This document shows, one piece after another, positions 7,724 to 17,062 of a stretch of 32,000 nucleotides of DNA. Source of the DNA: Candidatus Saccharimonadota bacterium (GTDB taxonomy: Bacteria > Patescibacteriota > Saccharimonadia > Saccharimonadales > Saccharimonadaceae); the NCBI RefSeq assembly GCF_025273655.1, contig NZ_CP045921.1, forward strand, positions 450,001-482,000. The letters are read 5' to 3'. A program made the translations under genes and the position numbers. Within the stretch, counting starts at the first letter, position 1; the number at the start of each line of letters is the position of its first letter. The notes under the pieces are model-generated. The model made no database searches and was not told the DNA's origin. It saw only the letters and a program-made list of their open reading frames with translations.

Positions 7724-7936
7724 ATGGAACAACTAGCATTCGGTCTCGCCTACGCCCTCCCTGCCTTGGGTGCTGCAATCGGTATCGGTATCATTGGCGG
7801 CGGCGCGCTCAACGCACTTGGTCGCAATCCAGAGAAACTAAGCGAGATCCGCACACTTATGATTACCGCGATTGTGTTCGCCGACTCACTCGCTATCATC
7901 GGTATCATTGTCGCTATCATTGCGAAATTCCTATAA
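7724..7936 (+). CDS. atpE: F0F1 ATP synthase subunit c
   Basis: 70-aa hairpin proteolipid with GIGIIGGG, the loop GRNPE, and a helix-2 carboxylate in VFADSLAI. Confidence 0.95.
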   Translation: MEQLAFGLAYALPALGAAIGIGIIGGGALNALGRNPEKLSEIRTLMITAIVFADSLAIIGIIVAIIAKFL

Positions 7937-7958
7937 GCCGTAGATTCGAGGTGATCAT

Positions 7959-8498
7959 ATGGAACTATTAACACAATTCGCTGCTGCGGAGACTGGTGCA
8001 AATCAGGATATATTCTCGACGCTTGGTATTCACTGGGAGCTACTAGTGTTGCAGATCGTCGCGTTTATCATCTTGGTGTGGGCCCTGGGCAAATGGGTCT
8101 ACCCGTGGCTCATGAAGTCTGTCGATGAGCGCCAGGCCAAGATCGAAGAAAGTGTCAAAGCAGCCGAAGAAGCCGAGAAAAAGGCCGAATCTGCACAGGA
8201 AGACATTCAGAATCTTTTGAAAGAAGCCCGCAAAGAAGCCAAAGAAATCGTCGCAACTGCCAAAGATGAAGCGGTAGCCATGGTAGAGGCCAGCGACGCG
8301 AAGGCAAAGGCTCGTGCCGAGAAAATCGTGGCCGATGCACACGATACCATCGAAAAAGACGTAATCGCCGCCCGCAAGGCGCTTCATAACGATACGATCG
8401 ATCTGGTGGCACTGGCGACCGAAAAAGTCGTTGGTAACTTGGCAGATGCCAAGTTAGACCGCAAGGTTATCGACGCGGCCGTCAAGGAGGCTCGCTAG
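7959..8498 (+). CDS. atpF: F0F1 ATP synthase subunit b
   Basis: Single N-terminal transmembrane helix (LLVLQIVAFIILVWALGKWVY) followed by a long A/E/K-rich helix; operon position. Confidence 0.9.
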   Translation: MELLTQFAAAETGANQDIFSTLGIHWELLVLQIVAFIILVWALGKWVYPWLMKSVDERQAKIEESVKAAEEAEKKAESAQEDIQNLLKEARKEAKEIVATAKDEAVAMVEASDAKAKARAEKIVADAHDTIEKDVIAARKALHNDTIDLVALATEKVVGNLADAKLDRKVIDAAVKEAR

Positions 8499-8501
8499 AC
8501 C

Positions 8502-8885
8502 ATGGCAAAACTGAGTCGTCGTAAAATCGCCGAGCTATGGGCAGAGGAGCTGTTAAAAGGCCGGGATATTACCGGCAATATCGCCGCGTATCTTGTGACT
8601 GAACGTCGCGTGGACGAGACCGATTTGATCGTCCGCGACACCGAATCTGCTCTAGCGGCTCGCGGTGTCGTCGTGGCAGATTTGACAAGCGCTAACGGCC
8701 TAAGCAGCGAATCACGCGCCGCAATCGAGAAATTCTTGATCGTCAGCATGAACGCAAAGAAAGTCGCCTTCCGAGAAGCTACCGACCCTAGTGTGATCGC
8801 TGGTGTCCGTGTCGAAACGGCCGGTCAGCAGCTTGATGCAACTCTGCGTACACGACTCAACCAATTGAAAGCAAGCAAGATATAG
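8502..8885 (+). CDS. atpH: F0F1 ATP synthase subunit delta (short form, 127 aa)
   Basis: Sits between atpF and atpA. The C-terminal DPSVIAGVRVETAGQQLDATLRTRLNQLK matches the delta/OSCP C-terminal signature. Confidence 0.75.
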   Translation: MAKLSRRKIAELWAEELLKGRDITGNIAAYLVTERRVDETDLIVRDTESALAARGVVVADLTSANGLSSESRAAIEKFLIVSMNAKKVAFREATDPSVIAGVRVETAGQQLDATLRTRLNQLKASKI

Positions 8886-8894
8886 GAGACAAGA

Positions 8895-10436
8895 ATGGCA
8901 ACAGAATTATCAGTTACAGAACTTTCCCAGGATCTCCGCGACGCGATTGCTAAACTCGACGTCTCCGGTGATCTTGAAACGGTCGGCATCGTCACCCGTG
9001 TTGGTGATGGTGTGGCCTGGGTGCATGGCCTGCGTAGCGCTGGTTACAGCGAAGTACTTTTGATCGAAGGTGCAGACGGCGAAACCGTCGAAGCATTCGC
9101 GTTGAACCTCAACGAAGATGAAATAGGTGCGGTGCTACTGGGTAGCGACGAATCAGTGCAAGCTGGCGCAAAAGTCACTCTCAAGGGCACTGTCCTCGAC
9201 GTGCCTGTCGGCCCAGAACTTCTCGGTCGTGTGGTCGACCCACTCGGAAACCCACTTGACGGTGGTCCAGCGATCAAAACAAAGCAGCGCGGACTCGTAG
9301 AGCGCGAAGCAATCGGTGTTATTGGCCGTAAACACGTCCACGAACCAATGATGACCGGTATCATGTCGATTGACGCCATGTTCCCTATCGGTCGTGGTCA
9401 GCGCGAGCTGATTATCGGTGACCGTCAGACGGGCAAGACGGCTATTGCTATCGACACCATGATCAACCAAGGTCGCCAAAAGACCGGTGTGATTAATGTG
9501 TATGTCGCGATTGGTCAAAAGCTTAGTAAAATCGCGCGACTTGTTGAACGTCTTAAAGAAGAAGGCGTGATGGATCAGACGATCATCGTCGCGACCGGTC
9601 CAAGCGACCCTGCGTCACTCCTGTACCTTGCGCCGTATGCAGCAACGGCTATGGGCGAATACTTCCGTGACAACAAAGAGCACGCGCTGATTATCTACGA
9701 TGATCTGACTAAGCACGCCGTGGCATATCGCCAGATGTCACTCTTGCTCCGTCGCCCACCAGGACGCGAGGCGTTCCCTGGTGACGTGTTCTATCTACAC
9801 TCTCGTCTGCTCGAGCGCTCAGCCAAACTCACCGACGAACTCGGTGCAGGTAGCCTGACTGCGCTGCCTATTATTGAGACACAGGCTGGTGACATCAGCG
9901 CGTACGTGCCGACCAACGTCATCTCGATTACCGATGGTCAGATTTTCCTCGAGACGGACTTGTTTAACCAAGGTATTCGCCCAGCAATCTCGGCAGGTCT
10001 CTCGGTTTCGCGAGTTGGTGGTGACGCCCAGACGAAATCAGTCAAATCAGTCGGTTCGCACCTCAAACTTGGTCTTTCACAGTTCCGCGAGCTCGCGTCA
10101 TTTGCGCAGTTTGGTAGCGACCTCGACGAAGCAACCAAGAATCAGATCGAAAAAGGTCAACGCCTGACCGAGCTGCTCAAGCAGCATCAATATCAGCCTG
10201 CGAGCGTGTGGGAGCAAACGGCCAGTATTTACGCTGTGTCTGAAGGTGCATTCGACAAAGTACCAGTGGCGAAAATCAAAGAAGTGCAGACCGCCCTGCT
10301 CACTCGCCTGTGGACCGACCACAAAAAGGACATGCAGGAACTCACCAAAGGTGACGAAAAAATCTCTGGTGATAGCAAGTTTGCTAAGCTGATCCTGAAA
10401 ACCGCGACGACTGTAGCGAAGGGATTTGAGGATTAA
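8895..10436 (+). CDS. atpA: F0F1 ATP synthase subunit alpha
   Basis: 513 aa with Walker A GDRQTGKT, YDDLTKHAVAYRQMSLLLRRPPGREAFPGDVFYLHSRLLER and ITDGQIFLE. Confidence 0.97.
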   Translation: MATELSVTELSQDLRDAIAKLDVSGDLETVGIVTRVGDGVAWVHGLRSAGYSEVLLIEGADGETVEAFALNLNEDEIGAVLLGSDESVQAGAKVTLKGTVLDVPVGPELLGRVVDPLGNPLDGGPAIKTKQRGLVEREAIGVIGRKHVHEPMMTGIMSIDAMFPIGRGQRELIIGDRQTGKTAIAIDTMINQGRQKTGVINVYVAIGQKLSKIARLVERLKEEGVMDQTIIVATGPSDPASLLYLAPYAATAMGEYFRDNKEHALIIYDDLTKHAVAYRQMSLLLRRPPGREAFPGDVFYLHSRLLERSAKLTDELGAGSLTALPIIETQAGDISAYVPTNVISITDGQIFLETDLFNQGIRPAISAGLSVSRVGGDAQTKSVKSVGSHLKLGLSQFRELASFAQFGSDLDEATKNQIEKGQRLTELLKQHQYQPASVWEQTASIYAVSEGAFDKVPVAKIKEVQTALLTRLWTDHKKDMQELTKGDEKISGDSKFAKLILKTATTVAKGFED

Positions 10437-10439
10437 ACT

Positions 10440-10658
10440 ATGCCAATAAATCCTCTAGGTCGAGAGGGGCGAATGCCAGAATCTAAGCGTCCTATGCCTC
10501 GCGATACGCTCGAAGTATCACTGCCAGAGGCAGTTGAGCGACGCGATGCGCGTATCGCAGCCTGCATGCAGCTTGCTGCAGGAGGTCTTATAGGCCCGCT
10601 TGTCAACATGGTGCCGTCTCGATCTGCCGAGCAGACACGACAGGAGGGGTATCTATAA
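10440..10658 (+). CDS. extra 72-aa ORF wedged between atpA and atpG (hypothetical)
   Basis: ATG lies 4 nt after the atpA stop, with GAGGA (10428-10432) 7 nt upstream. Its TAA overlaps the atpG ATG (TAATG). It contains one hydrophobic stretch, IAACMQLAAGGLIGPLVNMV. The region is also hairpin-rich, so an RNA element is an alternative reading. Confidence 0.45.
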   Translation: MPINPLGREGRMPESKRPMPRDTLEVSLPEAVERRDARIAACMQLAAGGLIGPLVNMVPSRSAEQTRQEGYL

Positions 10659-11519
10659 TGCCTAGCACCCGCGCCCTCAAAACCCGTATCCGTTCGGTCA
10701 AAAGCACTAAGCAGATTACGAAGGCTATGCAGCTTGTGGCTGCGAGCAAGATGCGCAAAGCACAAGAGGCTGAAGCCGCATCCGCACCCTACACTCGCAC
10801 GGCCAACGAGATTTTGACGCACCTAGCTAACCAAGGTGTGACCGATCGTCATCCGCTGTATGAAGTACGCGAAATTAAATCTCGCTTGCTTATCGTGGTC
10901 GCGACCGACAAAGGTCTGGCCGGCGCCTACGATGCGAATGTGCTCAAGCTCTACACTAGGCAGTTGATCGAAGACGATCGGAGCAATGTAAAGAACCAGA
11001 CTATCGCTATCGGCCGCCGTGCGAGTCGCTTTGTGAGTAAGCTCAAGGACACACAGGTGGCGGCGGTCTACCAAGATTTGGCCGACGACCCTGCCGGTAG
11101 TCAGCTCCGTGCGATCGTCGATATGGCAATCGAGAAATTCGAGGCTGGCGATGTGGATGCAGTGGATGTGGTATTTACCGAATATATCTCGAGCGTCAAC
11201 CAGCAAGCTATCACGCAGCGTATTTTGCCTGCTGGTTACGAAGCGGTGGAGGTGGGCGAAAACGTCCGCGAAGCCGAGTTTGAGCCAAGCCAAGAGGAGG
11301 TATTGCAGGCAGTCACCTACCGCCTGATCGAAGCACAGGTGTATCACGCGCTGCTGACTGCCCGCGCCAGTGAGTACATCATGCGCATGATGGCCATGAA
11401 AAATGCTACTGACAACGCCACCGACTTGATCGATGATCTGACACTTGCCATGAACAAAGCGCGTCAGGCAGCGATTACGCAGGAACTTGCCGAAATTAGC
11501 GGTGGTGTAGAGGCGTTAA

Positions 11520-11527
<8 letters not shown>
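10658..11527 (+). CDS. atpG: F0F1 ATP synthase subunit gamma
   Basis: The N-terminus (LKTRIRSVKSTKQITKAMQLVAASKMRKAQ) and C-terminus (MNKARQAAITQELAEISGG) are canonical gamma motifs. Confidence 0.95.
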
Positions 11528-13182
<1,655 letters not shown>

Positions 13183-13203
13183 TTTACCCTCGGATAATAT
13201 ACA

Positions 13204-13235
13204 AATACCCCGCATATGCGGGGTATTTGCTTTTC
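13204..13235 (+). terminator. rho-independent terminator directly after atpD
   Basis: AATACCCCGC (13204-13213) pairs with GCGGGGTATT (13219-13228), followed by TGCTTTTC. Confidence 0.7.
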
Positions 13236-13253
13236 GTGCTGTCCAGGGGAAAT

Positions 13254-13285
13254 CTTGAGCACGCACATCATTGGGCGTGCTCAAG
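13254..13285. other. perfect 11-bp hairpin in the atpD-atpC spacer
   Basis: CTTGAGCACGC (13254-13264) pairs with GCGTGCTCAAG (13275-13285) across a 10-nt loop. There is no clear T-tract on either strand. Confidence 0.5.
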
Positions 13286-13556
13286 AAGTGTGCGAGGTGA
13301 CGGTTATTGACGCGGGTAGAATACTTCAATCGATGAGATCGGATCTACCCCGGTGGTCTCGTCGCGCGTGGCGCAACAAACCAGCTGCGTGACAAACGCC
13401 ATTGCACAATGAAGAAAGTAATGCACTTTCTCTCCTTCGGTGGTTGGCCGGATCAGCTTGGCTCCGGTGAGTTTTTACTCTGTGAGTATGGGCTTCGATA
13501 CGTATTTTACGCCGAAATATGGCGATGTCAATAACTTTTTGCCTACAGGGGTAATC

Positions 13557-13565
13557 TGGTATAAT
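13557..13565 (+). promoter_or_regulatory. extended -10 TGgTATAAT for atpC (leaderless-type)
   Basis: TGGTATAAT at 13557-13565 ends 8 nt before ATG 13574. Confidence 0.5.
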
Positions 13566-13573
13566 CAGAGTAT

Positions 13574-13996
13574 ATGAATTTCCAGCTTGTCACTCTCCTA
13601 GGCGTTAAAGTAGATGCCGACGTATACGAAGTAATCCTACCGACTAAAGATGGAGAAATTGCCGTGTTTCCAGGGCACGAACCACTCGTAAGCATTGCAG
13701 TGCCAGGTGCAATTGCCGTGCGCCATACCAAGGGCGATACTGACGAAAAGCTAGAATACTTTGCCATCAGTGGTGGTGTAGTTGAGGTTTCGCCGGAATC
13801 GCTGAAAGTCTTGGTCGACGAGGCTGACCACGGCGATGATATCGTAGAAGCTGAATCAAAAGCAGCGCTTGAACGTGCGCTCAAGATGCAGGGTGAGGCT
13901 AAAAATCAAGTCGAACTCGAAAAAGCCTCGGCATTGGTAGACCGCCATGCAGTTCGCTTGAAAGTCTCCGATCTTCGCCGTCGACACCGTCGCTAA
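13574..13996 (+). CDS. atpC: F0F1 ATP synthase subunit epsilon
   Basis: 140 aa. The N-terminal beta-sandwich signature (VILPTKDGEIAVFPGHEPLV, ISGGVVEV) is followed by a helical C-terminal hairpin. Confidence 0.9.
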   Translation: MNFQLVTLLGVKVDADVYEVILPTKDGEIAVFPGHEPLVSIAVPGAIAVRHTKGDTDEKLEYFAISGGVVEVSPESLKVLVDEADHGDDIVEAESKAALERALKMQGEAKNQVELEKASALVDRHAVRLKVSDLRRRHRR

Positions 13997-14018
13997 CCTG
14001 CTTCTATAAAAAGAAAGC

Positions 14019-14056
14019 AACCCTCGCCGGCAAACCGGCGGGGGTTGTGTGCTTTC
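14019..14056. terminator. bidirectional terminator between atpC and the convergent lipoprotein operon
   Basis: AACCCTCGCCGG (14019-14030) pairs with CCGGCGGGGGTT (14035-14046) as a 12-bp stem with one G-U pair and loop CAAA. The minus strand has a strong T-tract (GCTTTCTTTTTAT); the plus strand has a weaker one (GTGTGCTTTCC). Confidence 0.6.
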
Positions 14057-14072
14057 CTGGTGACGAGGTGCA

Positions 14073-14504
14073 CTACTCCTCGGTGGAGCAGTATGCCAAC
14101 TTGACATTGAGAGTTGCAAGGAGGCGTGGGGTGGGGCTTGCTGTCACAAGGTTGAACCGATAGCTGTCGTCGTATAGCTTCGGGCCAAGGATCGTGAATT
14201 CTTTGCCAGCCGGAATCTCGTAGGTGTTCTTGAGTACCTGTTCTCCCTCCTGCTCTCTCAAGCTTGGATCGCGGTCTTCCTTCTGTAGTTGTACGACAGT
14301 TTTCTCGACTGTCTTACCGACGATCGAGAACCGCTGACCATCTTCATCGTCTTTGCAGCTCGGCTTCTTGAGTTCGAGCGACGAGAACACCGAAGCGGTC
14401 TCGCTTGTTCTGACGACTTCGAGCTTCTCGCCCCAACTGCCGCAGGCGGTCAGGAGTGAGAGTGCCGCTGCGATGCTGGCCGAAACGATGTAAACGTTCT
14501 TCAT
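14073..14504 (-). CDS. hypothetical lipoprotein
   Basis: ORF 14073..14522. The start is probably ATG 14504, with AAGGAA 5 nt upstream. MKNVYIVSASIAAALSLLTAC has a lipobox (LLTAC). Confidence 0.7.
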   Translation of the reverse strand: MKNVYIVSASIAAALSLLTACGSWGEKLEVVRTSETASVFSSLELKKPSCKDDEDGQRFSIVGKTVEKTVVQLQKEDRDPSLREQEGEQVLKNTYEIPAGKEFTILGPKLYDDSYRFNLVTASPTPRLLATLNVKLAYCSTEE

Positions 14505-14518
14505 GAGATTCCTTTCGT

Positions 14519-15007
14519 TCATGCGCAGCGGCTGCTGCGCGTCGATTCGAATTCCTCGACCAGCACGGCCGTCTGTCCCGTCGACAAGTCGGCGTAGACT
14601 ACTCGGTAGGCTGCTTGATCGCCGAGCTGTTGGTACTGCTCGATTTCGAACGTGTCTGGCCTACTGAGCGTTGCGGAAGATGTGTCATGAAATGCAAAAC
14701 CATGGCTCCGCACTATAGCCCCTCTCCAATACTCTGCCGGCACCCATGCACCGTCAGAGCCATTGCGCTGTAGCTCGACCACGACCGTCCTGTTGCCATG
14801 GTATTGACCGAGCACAGACACGATGCCTTGGCAGGTCTCCTGTGCTGAGGTCACGTGAACCGTGAACTCAGGATCTTTGACAATGGGCGTAGCGTTGGCT
14901 TTGTCTGCATGAGTCAAAAGGCCCACTACAAGACAGCCGAGCACCCATACTAGAGTCCACCGCACTGGCCGCGGAACATCGTCCCAGGTAGCCTGTTCGG
15001 TATACAT
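14519..15007 (-). CDS. hypothetical membrane-anchored/secreted protein
   Basis: 162 aa with GAGGAG upstream and the N-terminal hydrophobic segment WTLVWVLGCLVVGLLTHA. It overlaps the downstream ORF by 4 nt (ATGA). Confidence 0.65.
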   Translation of the reverse strand: MYTEQATWDDVPRPVRWTLVWVLGCLVVGLLTHADKANATPIVKDPEFTVHVTSAQETCQGIVSVLGQYHGNRTVVVELQRNGSDGAWVPAEYWRGAIVRSHGFAFHDTSSATLSRPDTFEIEQYQQLGDQAAYRVVYADLSTGQTAVLVEEFESTRSSRCA

Positions 15008-15062
15008 TTGCTCTCCTCAACTCTTGTGTTCAGCCTAGATATTGTCACCAGGCACGTATACT

Positions 15063-15071
15063 ATTATAGCA
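15063..15071 (-). promoter_or_regulatory. extended -10 TGcTATAAT (minus strand) for the 15007 operon
   Basis: The complement of 15063-15071 reads TGCTATAAT. Confidence 0.5.
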
Positions 15072-15088
15072 TAAAATATATAAAAAGT

Positions 15089-15394
15089 CTATGTCTGCTC
15101 ATCGTTTGACAGGTCTGAAAGTCGATCCAATTCCTCAACTTGACGCACTGTTTCGAGCAGATTGATGACATCTAGTATGCCATGGAAAAGTCGTGAGCGC
15201 TCTGCGAGTGTTTCGCCTCTATTGTGCATATTCGCGATCAGATAAAAGTAAATTGCCGGATAGCGGTTTCGAAATGCGGCAAGCCGAGTCTCATAATCAG
15301 GAGTGTCGTGTGTGGCCGCATCGAGTATGCCGTCGGAGATTTTGTCTAAATCGGACGTAGTATGGTGGCCAAAGTTTTCGGAGTTAGCCGTCAT
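15089..15394 (-). CDS. hypothetical protein (101 aa from the internal Met; the ORF extends to 15463)
   Basis: ORF 15089..15463. The ATG at 15394 (MTANSENFGHH...) lies 9 nt downstream of TGTATACT (complement of 15404-15411), matching the leaderless pattern used elsewhere in the window. Confidence 0.55.
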   Translation of the reverse strand: MTANSENFGHHTTSDLDKISDGILDAATHDTPDYETRLAAFRNRYPAIYFYLIANMHNRGETLAERSRLFHGILDVINLLETVRQVEELDRLSDLSNDEQT

Positions 15395-15403
15395 GATATC
15401 TCT

Positions 15404-15411
15404 AGTATACA
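15404..15411 (-). promoter_or_regulatory. -10 box TGTATACT (minus strand)
   Basis: The complement of 15404-15411 reads TGTATACT, 9 nt upstream of ATG 15394. Confidence 0.4.
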
Positions 15412-15488
15412 AGGTGTTGAAATCTGCGTACAGGGGCGTACAATATTCAGAGGAATATATCAAATAACATACACATAGAGGACAAAGA

Positions 15489-16430
15489 ATGCGAGACGGA
15501 GATCCAATGGTATACGCTGCAAATGATGAAACCGAGAGAAAACCATCAAATGTACTATATGTAGACTTTCGAGTCGGAGAAGCTGCGACTGGTGGTATCG
15601 AAGGTTCAGAAGAGCAGATCGATACAGTGCTAGAGTTTGTAAAAGGTACGCCGGAAGCATACGCGGTGTGCGAGAAGCCTGTGGTCTGTAAATGTATCGA
15701 CGGGCGAAGCGCAGAGGTAGCTACCGAAGGCCCAAACGCAGCGGGTGGGACTTTTGGCGTTGCAGCCGCAATCGATTTGGCGCGTCCAGAAGGAGTAGCG
15801 CCCGCTTCTCACGCGGAGACTTTACAGCATGTTATCTCGACACATAAGCGTGAAGATCATGATGTTGGTGGGCATACAGATACCCATGCGTCGGGTGATA
15901 ATTGTGGCTGTGGTGCCGTAGATAGGGTTGAAGAGATTTACACTAAGATTACCGACCAAGGAGAAAAGATTCGTGAACTTGCCGAAGCTATCTACGGTGA
16001 GCCGATCGACAATGCGACACATGCTCGCATACTGAGTAACGCTCAAAGCCACACGGAATTTGATACTGGGGCAAAGATTCGTAAGACATTTGAGGCGTCT
16101 ATGAGCCAGCCTGGCTCAGATACTCTCATGGAAAATCTCGAGGGTAGCCATAACGAGAAAATCGCATTGATTAACGTAGTTCCTAGCACGACGCTTAGCC
16201 GTCAAGATATGCAGAAGGTTTTGGGCAATGATCTTCAGGCCTTTAACGTTGATGCGTGGGCATTTGAAAAAACAGCCGCAAGTGTTGCAGCAAGTTCAGA
16301 AGACGCCCGCGCTATTCATATCGCGATGTTGTATTACAACGTGGCAACTGCGTTGACGCTCTGTGGTCCGAACATGCGCATTGTTGTACGTAGTGAGCAG
16401 TCTGTACCAGAAGAAGCGCGCGCAGCCTAA
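15489..16430 (+). CDS. hypothetical protein with a beta/zeta-carbonic-anhydrase-like Cys/His metal motif
   Basis: 313 aa with AGAGGA upstream. C69-I-D71-G-R73 forms a CxDxR motif. GGH129TDTHASGDNC139GC141GA gives His-x9-Cys. No signal peptide. Confidence 0.75.
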   Translation: MRDGDPMVYAANDETERKPSNVLYVDFRVGEAATGGIEGSEEQIDTVLEFVKGTPEAYAVCEKPVVCKCIDGRSAEVATEGPNAAGGTFGVAAAIDLARPEGVAPASHAETLQHVISTHKREDHDVGGHTDTHASGDNCGCGAVDRVEEIYTKITDQGEKIRELAEAIYGEPIDNATHARILSNAQSHTEFDTGAKIRKTFEASMSQPGSDTLMENLEGSHNEKIALINVVPSTTLSRQDMQKVLGNDLQAFNVDAWAFEKTAASVAASSEDARAIHIAMLYYNVATALTLCGPNMRIVVRSEQSVPEEARAA

Positions 16431-17044
16431 CTAGGGTTTGGAAGTGCCACGACGCAGGTTGTGCTCATGGCATCATAGAAAGTATTTTTTTGTGAACTTG
16501 CAGGCGTAAAATTACCCCAGGTACCGTCTATCATCTGCACAAGGCCAGGGACTTTGCAGTCCTGGTTGCTGCCTTCGAGTACGAATTGCATCACATAGGG
16601 ATTCGGCTGTCCATCCACCGTGAACCCCGACCAGTTCGTGAGGGTGATGCCGACGAACGTTACGCCACCCTCCTTAGTGACTACTTTGTTATTTCCCTCT
16701 GGGATACGTGAGAGGACCGTGCGTATGGCTGTATTGAAAGTGGCGTCTTCTTTCGTCGTATAGTCGGACCCGCCGCACGAGCCGACCGTATCGGCCCCCC
16801 GGATTGTATAACCTTGGCCGAGACATACGCTGCCAGCACCCATAGCAGGATACATATTGTTTTCGGTAACATATAGCTGGATTGATTTTTCGTAGTTGGT
16901 GGCGGCTTCGTATTTGGCAGTATTATTGGCTCGTTGCTGAATACCGTTGTATGCCACTATCGTGATAGCTGCGAGGATGCCTATTACCACGATTACGATT
17001 AATAACTCAACGATTGTAAACCCGGCCTGCCCCCTACTTTGCAT
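16427..17044 (-). CDS. type IV pilin / pseudopilin with prepilin N-terminal methylation motif
   Basis: MQSRGQAG/FTIVELLIVIVVIGILAAITIVAYNGIQQRANN is a class III signal peptide with the G/FT(I/L)xE motif. Confidence 0.9.
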   Translation of the reverse strand: MQSRGQAGFTIVELLIVIVVIGILAAITIVAYNGIQQRANNTAKYEAATNYEKSIQLYVTENNMYPAMGAGSVCLGQGYTIRGADTVGSCGGSDYTTKEDATFNTAIRTVLSRIPEGNNKVVTKEGGVTFVGITLTNWSGFTVDGQPNPYVMQFVLEGSNQDCKVPGLVQMIDGTWGNFTPASSQKNTFYDAMSTTCVVALPNPS

Positions 17045-17062
17045 ACACTTAGTATAGCAGTT

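Noticed and set aside
7724-7936. The c-subunit ion-binding carboxylate is Asp (VFADSLAI) followed by Ser, rather than the more common Glu.
   Set aside because: Asp is also used by E. coli, so this is not unusual enough on its own. No Na+-binding Gln/Thr pattern could be argued by eye.
10433-11347. Minus-strand ORFs 10433..10822 (129 aa) and 10823..11347 (174 aa).
   Set aside because: Both are antisense to atpG and to the atpA-atpG insert. Their Arg/Cys/Ser-rich composition is not protein-like, and they have no start context.
13409-13534. A 41-codon plus-strand ORF (MKKVMHFLSFGGWPDQLGSGEFLLCEYGLRYVFYAEIWRCQ) in the atpD-atpC spacer.
   Set aside because: It has no SD or -10 box at a suitable distance, and its composition is odd. 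It is mentioned only as a possibility under the spacer finding.
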